Origin: an uncultured Bacteroidales bacterium
GTDB lineage: Bacteria; Bacteroidota; Bacteroidia; Bacteroidales; UBA7960
Direction of reading: 5' to 3'
Assembly: GCA_964463915.1 (NCBI GenBank)
Contig: CAYXEH010000006.1
Span: 8,490 to 72,489 of the forward strand
Length of the DNA stretch: 64,000 nt
Shown here in pieces: positions 44,693 to 52,955 of the stretch. The notes under the pieces are model-generated. The model was not told the origin of the DNA and searched no databases. It worked only from the letters and a program-made list of their open reading frames with translations. Both the position numbers and the translations under genes were made by a program. Position 1 is the stretch's first letter; each line of letters begins with the position of its first letter.

Positions 44693-46024
44693 TTGAATAT
44701 GAAGTTCTCACTGAAGCTCTTAATTGTATCCTTATGCATTTTTCTGGCCAGGCCTGCACAAGCCTCGGAGCAGCGGATTGCATTTACGGAATACACCCTG
44801 GACAACGGCCTGCATGTTATTTTACATAAAGACAACACCACTCCGAATGTGGTGGTGGACATTATGTACCATGTGGGAGCCAAGAATGAACATCCGGAAC
44901 GCACTGGTTTTGCCCACTTTTTTGAACACCTGATGTTCGAGGGTACAGAAAACATCGGACGTGGAGAATTTGCCGAGATCGTGGAAAAAGCGGGCGGCTC
45001 TTTGAATGCCTTCACCAGTTTCGATGTAACCAACTATTATGTGCTGCTTCCCTCCAATCAGCTGGAGCTGGGCCTCTGGCTCGAGTCTGAACGTCTGCTT
45101 CACCCGGTGATTGACTCAACCGGAGTCCGCACACAGAAAAATGTAGTTACCGAAGAGATGAAACAAACGCGCGACAACCAGCCGTACGGCCGTGTACTCA
45201 CGGAAACCATCAAACGGGCCTATACGGTGCACCCCTATCAGACTGACGTACTTGGAAAGGATGAACACATCCGCAATGCCACGTTTGATGACATCACTTC
45301 TTTCCATGACATGTTCTATGTTCCCAATAACGCGGTTCTGGTGGTATCCGGAGACATCGATCTGGATGAGACCAAAGGGCTGGTGGAGAAATATTTCGGT
45401 AATATTCCAAGAGGAGAGGAGGAGCCTCGACGCCCTGAGGTGCAGGAACCTGAAAGAACAACAGAGGTCAGGGATACAGTATACGACAACATCCAGCTGC
45501 CGGCCATGATTCAGGCATATCACATCCCGGCCATGGGAACAGAGGAATACTACGCCGTGGAGATGCTTGGCACATTGCTCTCACAGGGGCAAAGCAGCCG
45601 GCTCTACAGGCGCCTTGTCGTGGAAGATCAGACTGCCATGCAGGTGCAAGCCATGCCCCTGGGCCTGGAAGATCCGGGCTTGACCATGGTTCTTGCCATC
45701 CCCAACATGGGTGTAGACCCCCAGGTACTGGAAACTACGATCAATGAAGAACTCAGGCGGGTACGCGAAGAGTTAATCTCTGAAGAAGAGATGCAAAAAC
45801 TCCGCAACCAGGTGGAAAGCCGGATGGTCAACAGCAATACCACCATCGCCAGCAGAACCACCAACCTGGCCAACTACCACCTGATCTACGATGATGCCAA
45901 CCTCATCAACACAGAAATAGACAGGTATTTGGCTGTTTCCAGGGAAGATATCAGGGAAGCTGCCCGTAAATATCTGCGTGAAAACAACAGGATCGTCCTG
46001 TACTACCTGCCCGAGCAACAATAA
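44693..46024 (+). CDS. M16-family zinc peptidase (pitrilysin/insulinase type), catalytic subunit
   Basis: It has a signal peptide and the inverted zinc motif HFFEHLMFEG (HxxEH). Confidence 0.85.
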   Translation: MNMKFSLKLLIVSLCIFLARPAQASEQRIAFTEYTLDNGLHVILHKDNTTPNVVVDIMYHVGAKNEHPERTGFAHFFEHLMFEGTENIGRGEFAEIVEKAGGSLNAFTSFDVTNYYVLLPSNQLELGLWLESERLLHPVIDSTGVRTQKNVVTEEMKQTRDNQPYGRVLTETIKRAYTVHPYQTDVLGKDEHIRNATFDDITSFHDMFYVPNNAVLVVSGDIDLDETKGLVEKYFGNIPRGEEEPRRPEVQEPERTTEVRDTVYDNIQLPAMIQAYHIPAMGTEEYYAVEMLGTLLSQGQSSRLYRRLVVEDQTAMQVQAMPLGLEDPGLTMVLAIPNMGVDPQVLETTINEELRRVREELISEEEMQKLRNQVESRMVNSNTTIASRTTNLANYHLIYDDANLINTEIDRYLAVSREDIREAARKYLRENNRIVLYYLPEQQ

Positions 46025-46056
46025 TCACCCGATCGTTAACAGAAAAAAACTGAGTC

Positions 46057-48120
46057 ATGAGAAAGTTATTGATATCATTCATTATAAGCATTTTTACCTT
46101 CTATTCTGCCGATGCACAGGTTGACCGGAGTCAGCCGCCGGAACCAGGTCCGGCACCGGTAATTCAGATCGGAGATTTTGAGTCTTTTAAACTGGACAAC
46201 GGATTGACTGTGATCGTGGTGGAAAACCGCAAGGTACCCGTGATCTCCTTCCAGCTCAGTCTTGATATAGATCCCGTTCTGGAAGGTGATGCAAAAGGTT
46301 ATGTAAGCCTGGCAGGATCCCTTTTAAGTGAGGGAACAACCAATCGCGCAAAAAAAGAGATTGACGAGACCATTGATTTCATCGGAGCCAGTTTGTCCAC
46401 ATCTTCTTCCGGCATGTTTGCTTCTTCACTCACCCGCCACAGAGAAACACTGCTGGAGCTTATGTCAGATATTCTTATGAACCCATCCTTCCCCGAAGAA
46501 GAGCTTGAACGATTGAAGAACCAAACACGGTCAGGACTTGCCACGACACCCAACGATGCAAACGCCATGGCAGCCAATGTATCCCGTGCGGTCGTTTACG
46601 GAACCGATCATCCTTATGGGGAAGTAACAACCGAGGAGACCCTGGACAATATACAACGCGAGATGCTCGTAGAGTATTACGAGGATCATTTTAAACCCAA
46701 CGTGGCATATATGGTCATTGTCGGTGACATCAGTCTGGATGAAGCCAGGGAAGTTACTGAGACCTATTTCGGAAACTGGGAAGCCGGTGAAGTACCCTCC
46801 AGGACCTACTCCACCCCGGCTCCACCCAACGGGAGACGGGTGGCAATGGTTGACCGCCGTGATGCGGTCCAGAGCCTGGTAACTGTGACCCATCCGGTTG
46901 AGCTAAAGCCCGGGCATGAAGATGCAATCAAGGCCAACGTGATGAACTCGATTCTCGGGGGCGGTGCCTTTTCAGGCCGGCTGATGCAAAACCTGCGTGA
47001 AGACAAAGGATATACTTATGGCGCACGCTCCAGCCTGTCTGCCGACCGCCTCGTGGGTAGATTCAATGCCAGGGCGGAGGTACGCAATGCGGTTACCGAC
47101 AGTACGGTAACCGAAATCCTCAATGAAATGGAACGAATGAGGCAGGAACCCGTGGACGAAAGCAGCCTTGAACTGACAAGGAATTTTATGACCGGGAGTT
47201 TTGCCCGTTCCCTGGAGAGCCCGAGAACCATTGCCAACTTTGCACTGAATACCATCCGTTATGATTTACCCGACGATTACTACAAAACTTACCTTGAAAA
47301 ACTGAATGAGGTAAGCGTAGAGGATGTACAGGAAATGGCCAATAAATACCTGAACCCTGACAATGCCTATATCGTGGTTGCAGGAAGTAAGGAAGAGGTG
47401 ATGGGAGGCCTTGGTTCATTCAGTGCCATTGACATGGTTGAACTGTATGATGCCTTCGGAAGGCCCGTTGAAGAAGAGGAACTCCGCCCGGCACCGGAAG
47501 GATATACCGCAGAAACTGTAATGGAGCAATATATTGAAGCCATCGGGGGCCGTGAGAGGCTGGAAAGTATCCGGGATATCAAACAAGAAATGACAGGCCG
47601 GCTTATGGGTCAGGAGGTCCAGATGACCATTTATAAGAAAACCCCACACTTCCTGCTACAGGAAACATCAATGGGGGGCACGACCCTTTCAAAGCAATTG
47701 TTTGACGGGGAGAAGGGTGTAGTTACATCCCAAATGGGACGTCAGGAATTCACCGAGGGGGCCGAATTTGAACAGTTTAATGCGGAGGCTGCCATTATCC
47801 CTGAGCTGACCTACAAGGAATCCGGCATCGAGCAAGAACTGCTGGGCATTGACATCATTGATGGTCAGGCATCGTTTAAGGTAAAATCCACTTACGCCAG
47901 TGGTAACACCGTGCATAATTATTATTGTACGGCAAGCGGATTAAAGCTGAAAACAGAGAATAACGGGGGAAACTCCACGTATGACAACTACAGGGAGGTG
48001 GATGGTTTTGTCATGCCATTCTCCATTACCCAGGAAGTGGGTCCCCAAACCATAGAGGTCACTGTTGACAACGTTGAGATAAACCCCGGGCTGGAGGAAT
48101 CTATGTTTGTGATCGACTAA
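46057..48120 (+). CDS. M16-family peptidase-like protein without the HxxEH motif, with a C-terminal extension
   Basis: It has a signal peptide. The M16 fold position reads GYVSLAGSLLSEGT, so there is no zinc motif. An extra ~230-aa C-terminal domain is present. Confidence 0.7.
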   Translation: MRKLLISFIISIFTFYSADAQVDRSQPPEPGPAPVIQIGDFESFKLDNGLTVIVVENRKVPVISFQLSLDIDPVLEGDAKGYVSLAGSLLSEGTTNRAKKEIDETIDFIGASLSTSSSGMFASSLTRHRETLLELMSDILMNPSFPEEELERLKNQTRSGLATTPNDANAMAANVSRAVVYGTDHPYGEVTTEETLDNIQREMLVEYYEDHFKPNVAYMVIVGDISLDEAREVTETYFGNWEAGEVPSRTYSTPAPPNGRRVAMVDRRDAVQSLVTVTHPVELKPGHEDAIKANVMNSILGGGAFSGRLMQNLREDKGYTYGARSSLSADRLVGRFNARAEVRNAVTDSTVTEILNEMERMRQEPVDESSLELTRNFMTGSFARSLESPRTIANFALNTIRYDLPDDYYKTYLEKLNEVSVEDVQEMANKYLNPDNAYIVVAGSKEEVMGGLGSFSAIDMVELYDAFGRPVEEEELRPAPEGYTAETVMEQYIEAIGGRERLESIRDIKQEMTGRLMGQEVQMTIYKKTPHFLLQETSMGGTTLSKQLFDGEKGVVTSQMGRQEFTEGAEFEQFNAEAAIIPELTYKESGIEQELLGIDIIDGQASFKVKSTYASGNTVHNYYCTASGLKLKTENNGGNSTYDNYREVDGFVMPFSITQEVGPQTIEVTVDNVEINPGLEESMFVID

Positions 48121-48141
48121 ATTACCCCTTCCATATTAAAA

Positions 48142-48178
48142 GAGGCTGTTTCCAATGGTGGAAGCAGTCTCTTTTTTT
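48142..48178 (+). terminator. intrinsic terminator after the M16 pair
   Basis: GAGGCTGTTTCCA, loop ATGG, TGGAAGCAGTCTC (two G-U pairs), followed by T7. Confidence 0.75.
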
Positions 48179-48228
48179 GTATTTTTGGGATAACTCATTG
48201 CATTAATTATCTTTATCTCCCTCCGGTC

Positions 48229-49569
48229 ATGAAGAGAAAAATTTCTGCTTACAGGCGATTTGTTAAGAAAACGGCCCGCTTTCTCAAAACAGATATCTGG
48301 CGGATGTCTCTGAAGGATCTTTCACCACGTCACAGTTTTCTGGTGAGACAACTACGCGTCCTGATCCTGGCACTGCGTGGAGCTCGTGAAGACAATATCC
48401 TGCTCAGGGCTCCTGCTCTCACCTTTTATTCCATGTTCAGTATTGTTCCGGTGGTAGCCCTCGCCTTTGGAATTGCCAACGGCTTCGGCCTGGAAATGTA
48501 TGTAGAAAGACAGCTGCAGGCAGCACTCACCGGACGGGAGGAAGTATTTAACTGGGTAATGGAGATTGTCGATTCGTTCTTCAGTGAAACGGATGGCGGA
48601 ACCGTAGCAGCGGTTGGTCTGCTCATATTGTTGTACACCATCACGATGTTGCTGGTCAATATTGAGGAATCTTTTAACCGCATTTGGCAGGTAAACAAAT
48701 CCCGTTCATGGTCACGCAGGTTCAGTGATTATTTTGCGATGATGTTCCTGGCCCCGCTTTTCTTTATTATGGCAAGCGCGGCAACTGTTTACCTGAACAC
48801 TCAGATACAACAAGCCGATAACGGGCTGCTCAATCCCGTATTACTTGGGTTTATCCGGATGATTCCTTACCTGCTGATCTGGATCATATTTACCCTTCTT
48901 TACATCATCATGCCCAATACCAATGTCCGGTTCTCTTCAGCGGCCATCGCAGGAATTATCGCAGGTACCATATTTCAATTGGTGCAATGGGCCTATATTG
49001 CCTTTCAGATCGGAGCCGCCAAATACGGTGCTATCTATGGATCTTTTGCGGCTGTACCTCTCCTGCTATTGTGGATGCAGGCAAGCTGGGTCATAGTGCT
49101 GTTCGGAGCCGAACTTTCCTTTGCCAGTCAACACGTCAAGAACTATGAGTTCGAATCGGAAACCAAAAACATTTCTCAGTTGAACAAAAAAATCCTGGCT
49201 GTATATATTCTGCAACGAATTGTGAAGAACTTCCAGAATGGAGAACGACCCATGAGCTCAGACCAGTTATCTGAGGCTCTCCATATTCCTAACAGTCTAT
49301 CCAGAAACATCCTGAACGATCTTGAAGATACAGGTCTTGTGGCCGCCATAGATTCTTCTCCGGCAAAGGAGTATACCTTCCAGCCAGCCATTGATATAAA
49401 CGCCATCACCATCAGGAGGGTTTTGGAGAGATTGGATAAAAAAGGGATGAATGTTTTGATTGCTAAATCAACCCCAACACTGGAACAGATTAAGGTTACA
49501 TTGTATAAATTTTATGACATTCTTGAAGGCAGCGATCATAACCGGCTGCTGAAAGATCTGGAACCATGA
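48229..49569 (+). CDS. YihY/BrkB-family membrane protein with a C-terminal winged-helix-like domain
   Basis: LRAPALTFYSMFSIVPVVALAFGIA plus six TM helices. The ~120-aa soluble tail is present. Confidence 0.8.
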   Translation: MKRKISAYRRFVKKTARFLKTDIWRMSLKDLSPRHSFLVRQLRVLILALRGAREDNILLRAPALTFYSMFSIVPVVALAFGIANGFGLEMYVERQLQAALTGREEVFNWVMEIVDSFFSETDGGTVAAVGLLILLYTITMLLVNIEESFNRIWQVNKSRSWSRRFSDYFAMMFLAPLFFIMASAATVYLNTQIQQADNGLLNPVLLGFIRMIPYLLIWIIFTLLYIIMPNTNVRFSSAAIAGIIAGTIFQLVQWAYIAFQIGAAKYGAIYGSFAAVPLLLLWMQASWVIVLFGAELSFASQHVKNYEFESETKNISQLNKKILAVYILQRIVKNFQNGERPMSSDQLSEALHIPNSLSRNILNDLEDTGLVAAIDSSPAKEYTFQPAIDINAITIRRVLERLDKKGMNVLIAKSTPTLEQIKVTLYKFYDILEGSDHNRLLKDLEP

Positions 49570-49622
49570 CCCCCGAAAAAAAAGGCGTCCCTATTGTATC
49601 AGATCCAGGCCTGTTCAGGGTG

Positions 49623-50573
49623 CTAGTGCAAACCCGATTCAGCTCCCCCTTGCAGCGGCTTGTTATGCCCGGAGTACCACGACAACATCCGGAGAAATAC
49701 CACAACCATTGCCAGGCTGATCAATGCCAGGAGCACACCGAAGCTCTGACTTCCTATCTCGCCGGGATCCCTCTCAGTATAATTATAAACAATAAAATAA
49801 GTAATCACAGCTGCCGCATTGTTAAAAAAGTGGCCCAAAACGGGTACCCAGATATTTCCGGTAATTACCATCATATACCCCAGGACCAATCCAAGCACAA
49901 AGCGTGGCATAAAACCGTAAAACTGAAAATGGATGGCACTGAAAACAAGGGCTGTAACAATTACCGCCACATGTACGTTGCGGCTCCACTGATGAAAAAC
50001 CCGTTGCAGAGAGCCCCGGAAGATAAACTCCTCCCCGATGGCCGGCACAATGGCGATAAGAAAGATATTGAACAGCAAACCCTGATAGGTCGTCACCTGC
50101 AGGAAACGCTCCGTCATCACCTGGGCGGCATCCTCGGTCTGACGCATCCATTCCTCGAGTTTACGAAGTGACTCAGGCAAAGACATCTGTTGGTTAAGCT
50201 CCATCACATAGTTGATCAGGGGCAAAGCGGCAAGCATGATCAGAACTGAAAGTAAAAGAGCCCGGACCGATGGCTGTTTATCTGCCTGCAAATAGTGCAG
50301 GGGGCGGCCACCCACCAGCAGCCCGAACACAAGGGATGATACAATGAACATTCCGATATGGCTCAACAGCTGAAGATAGCGAATGAGGTTCAGGTCGTCC
50401 ACGCCCGTCATATCCATTCCCTGCAGCAGGCCCTCTCCCCAAAATGGCAGCGCAATGAGGAACCCGATCAAAAAAACCACAAGGGTGCTGGCAAGCATGA
50501 CCAACACCAGAAGCAAAAGTTTAATAAGGGGATGCAACCCTCCCAGAATCCCATGGTCTCTCATATGAAGCAT
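49623..50573 (-). CDS. CPBP-family intramembrane glutamic endopeptidase (CAAX protease-like)
   Basis: Motifs GEEFIFRG, SAIHF and HFFNN occur in a polytopic membrane protein. Confidence 0.8.
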   Translation of the reverse strand: MLHMRDHGILGGLHPLIKLLLLVLVMLASTLVVFLIGFLIALPFWGEGLLQGMDMTGVDDLNLIRYLQLLSHIGMFIVSSLVFGLLVGGRPLHYLQADKQPSVRALLLSVLIMLAALPLINYVMELNQQMSLPESLRKLEEWMRQTEDAAQVMTERFLQVTTYQGLLFNIFLIAIVPAIGEEFIFRGSLQRVFHQWSRNVHVAVIVTALVFSAIHFQFYGFMPRFVLGLVLGYMMVITGNIWVPVLGHFFNNAAAVITYFIVYNYTERDPGEIGSQSFGVLLALISLAMVVVFLRMLSWYSGHNKPLQGGAESGLH

Positions 50574-50626
50574 TTGTTATATTTTTGTAGTGTAAACATC
50601 AAAAATACAAATTCTTTTCAATCATC

Positions 50627-51637
50627 TTGGATACTACCGGTAAGGCAAATCACAGGCAAAGCATTCGCATAGGGAATGTTACCTTTCCTCACCTGCCAGT
50701 AATACTGGCACCCATGGAAGACATTACGGATCCTCCATTCCGCCTGCTTTGCAAGGAGATGGGGGCCGACTGGGTGTACACGGAATTCATATCTGCTGAC
50801 GGACTGATCAGGGACTCGAACAAAAGCCGGCATAAGCTGGACATCTATCCACAGGAACGGCCAGTCTCCATACAGATTTTCGGTGCCCATACTGAGGCAA
50901 TGGTAGGGGCAGCAGTAGCCGCAGAAAAAGCAGCTCCCGATTTCATTGATATCAATTTCGGATGCCCCGTTCGCAAGGTGGCCTCCAAAGGCGCCGGCTC
51001 CGGTATCATGAACGATATTCCCAAAATGGAGGAGATGACCCGCCGGATTGTCAAAGCGGTGAACCTGCCTGTGACCGTGAAAACCCGCCTGGGATACGAC
51101 CGTGAGCGTCAACAGATTGTTGAGATCGCTGAGCGGCTGCAGGACTGTGGCATTGCCGCCCTGGCCATTCACGGGCGTACACGCTGCCAGATGTACCGGG
51201 GAACAGCTGACTGGAGCCTGATCGGGGAAGTAAAAAACAACCCGCGGATGCACATCCCTATCATCGGGAACGGTGACATTTGTGACGGTCCAGCTACACT
51301 GAAAGCCTTTGAGAAGTACCGGGTAGACGGTGTAATGATCGGGAGGGCCTGTATTGGCAACCCCTGGATCTTCAAAGAGGTCAGGTATTTCCTTTCCACC
51401 GGGGAGCAGCTGCCCTCACCGGAATTAAAGGAAAGGCTTGAGGTGTGCCGCCGGCATATTGAACTGTCGGTGGACTGGAAAGGAGAGAAAACAGCCCTGT
51501 TTGAGATGCGAAAACATTACAGCAACTATTTCAAAGGCATCCCTGGATTCAAACCCTACAGGATTCGCCTGGTAACCGCATCCTCACTTGAGGACCTGTA
51601 TAAGGTGCTGCATGATATAGAGATTGCATTTTCCTGA
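50627..51637 (+). CDS. dusB: tRNA-dihydrouridine synthase
   Basis: LAPMEDITDPPFR, DINFGCP and HGRTR. The start is a TTG at 50627, and no in-frame ATG or GTG lies upstream of the conserved N-terminus. Confidence 0.85.
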   Translation: MDTTGKANHRQSIRIGNVTFPHLPVILAPMEDITDPPFRLLCKEMGADWVYTEFISADGLIRDSNKSRHKLDIYPQERPVSIQIFGAHTEAMVGAAVAAEKAAPDFIDINFGCPVRKVASKGAGSGIMNDIPKMEEMTRRIVKAVNLPVTVKTRLGYDRERQQIVEIAERLQDCGIAALAIHGRTRCQMYRGTADWSLIGEVKNNPRMHIPIIGNGDICDGPATLKAFEKYRVDGVMIGRACIGNPWIFKEVRYFLSTGEQLPSPELKERLEVCRRHIELSVDWKGEKTALFEMRKHYSNYFKGIPGFKPYRIRLVTASSLEDLYKVLHDIEIAFS

Positions 51638-51811
51638 AAACCCTCCAGGTTCAACCCCTGTTCCAGCTTTAGCAAGCTGCCCGGACCCAAAAAAACCATA
51701 AACCATCACCAGACATAACCACATCCTGTAATTCCTGTTTCATTACAATTTATTCACCCTTCCATTATTGGTTCAGCATTAAAGGCAACACTTGTTCGGC
51801 GTAAGCCATCT

Positions 51812-52471
51812 TCAGGCCTTTACCATGTCTTTGGTTTCTTCCCGCAGGCGATAATGTTCTGTAAATAGATCATTGACCTCCCTATGCTGAACATCGAGCC
51901 ATACTGCATTCAATCCCGCCTCCCGGGCCCCTTTCACATGCTGAACGGAATCATCAATAAATAAGGTCTCACCAGCCTGCAGGGCCTGGTCAGACAACAC
52001 ATGTCTAAAAATATCCCGGTCCGGTTTACGCATCCCCACCTGGAACGAAAGGTATTGTTTGTTGAACAAATCAGAAAGGTCGGCAATCCCATAATGCCGG
52101 TTCAGGTAGTCCATATATGCAGGATAATGAATTGAGTTGGTATTGCTCAGCAGGAACGTACGGTAACGTTTGCCCACCCTTTCAAGTAAAGCCAACCTTT
52201 TAGCCGGCAGGTCAAGTAACATGGCATTCCATGCGGAATCAATCTCCTCGTCCGAAACTTCCAACCCTGATAACCGGCGCAATTCTTCCCTGAATGCCGG
52301 CGGGGAGACTTCTCCTTTATCCAAACGGTCAAACAGTTGATGCTGCGCCGCCTGGGTGAAAAATTCATCAAAATCTTTCATGCCAAGCTTTTTGAATGCG
52401 TTGATGGTGGCCTGGTAATCGATATTCAGCAGGACGCCTCCAAGGTCGAAGATGATGTTTCTGATATTCAT
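51812..52471 (-). CDS. HAD-superfamily hydrolase (subfamily IA)
   Basis: Motif I is IIFDLGGVL, motif II LLSNT, and motif IV FIDDS. Confidence 0.75.
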   Translation of the reverse strand: MNIRNIIFDLGGVLLNIDYQATINAFKKLGMKDFDEFFTQAAQHQLFDRLDKGEVSPPAFREELRRLSGLEVSDEEIDSAWNAMLLDLPAKRLALLERVGKRYRTFLLSNTNSIHYPAYMDYLNRHYGIADLSDLFNKQYLSFQVGMRKPDRDIFRHVLSDQALQAGETLFIDDSVQHVKGAREAGLNAVWLDVQHREVNDLFTEHYRLREETKDMVKA

Positions 52472-52482
52472 TTATTCAGTCA

Positions 52483-52594
52483 TTTTGTCGGATGCTTCGC
52501 ACCCTCCAGTTTGTCGGGGACTATCGCCCTCTCCGGTTAGTCGGGGGCTGCCCCCCGACTAACCAACAACCGAAGGCGCGCAGCCCCGACAAAA
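52483..52594. repeat. palindromic element built from the same GGTTAGTC/TTGTC-plus-hairpin units as 39295..39496
   Basis: A perfect 13-bp stem joins GGTTAGTCGGGGG (52535..52547) and CCCCCGACTAACC (52552..52564). The outer arms are TTTGTCGGGG (52510..52519) and CCCCGACAAA (52584..52593). There are hairpins at 52490..52504 (GGATGC-TTC-GCACCC) and 52516..52531. Confidence 0.85.
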
Positions 52595-52628
52595 TAAAAA
52601 AACTTTTCCGAAATAGACAGATTATGTG

Positions 52629-52636
52629 TAAATTTG
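52629..52636 (+). promoter_or_regulatory. candidate -7 box (TAAATTTG) for the CAU tRNA
   Basis: TAnnTTTG match 43 nt upstream of the tRNA 5' end. Confidence 0.35.
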
Positions 52637-52678
52637 CACTCCCAAACGCCTGTTTCGCTAAAAAACAGGGGCGTTCAC

Positions 52679-52755
52679 GGGCCCATAGCTCAGTTGGTTA
52701 GAGTAGATGACTCATAATCATTTGGTCGCTGGTTCGAGCCCAGCTGGGCCCACCA
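52679..52755 (+). tRNA. tRNA with CAU anticodon (probably tRNA-Ile2/lysidine type; elongator Met not excluded)
   Basis: The sequence is GGGCCCATAGCTCAGTTGGTTAGAGTAGATGACTCATAATCATTTGGTCGCTGGTTCGAGCCCAGCTGGGCCCACCA. The cloverleaf folds, CCA is encoded, and the variable and T arms resemble E. coli ileX more than metT. Confidence 0.85.
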
Positions 52756-52761
52756 CAAAAC

Positions 52762-52797
52762 CAGCCACTTACGAGGAGATCGTGAGTGGCTGATTTT
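52762..52797 (+). terminator. hairpin terminator after the tRNA (possibly bidirectional with GH92)
   Basis: CAGCCACT, a 15-nt loop, AGTGGCTG, followed by ATTTTATT. Confidence 0.55.
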
Positions 52798-52955
52798 ATT
52801 GTATCTGTTCAAGACACTCAGACCGAAGAGAAAGAGATAACAAAGGACATTTATGTGGATATTACAGCACATCAAACGTACTACAATGCCTTTTTACACA
52901 ACAGGTAATTGATCCAATTATCAGCTCACGGCTGGTTACCTCCGCTTGTGCTTTG

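Noticed and set aside
52756-52955. tRNA-CAU 3' flank as an integration site for a mobile element
   Set aside because: There is no integrase and no duplicated tRNA 3' segment downstream. The next gene is an ordinary convergent GH92.
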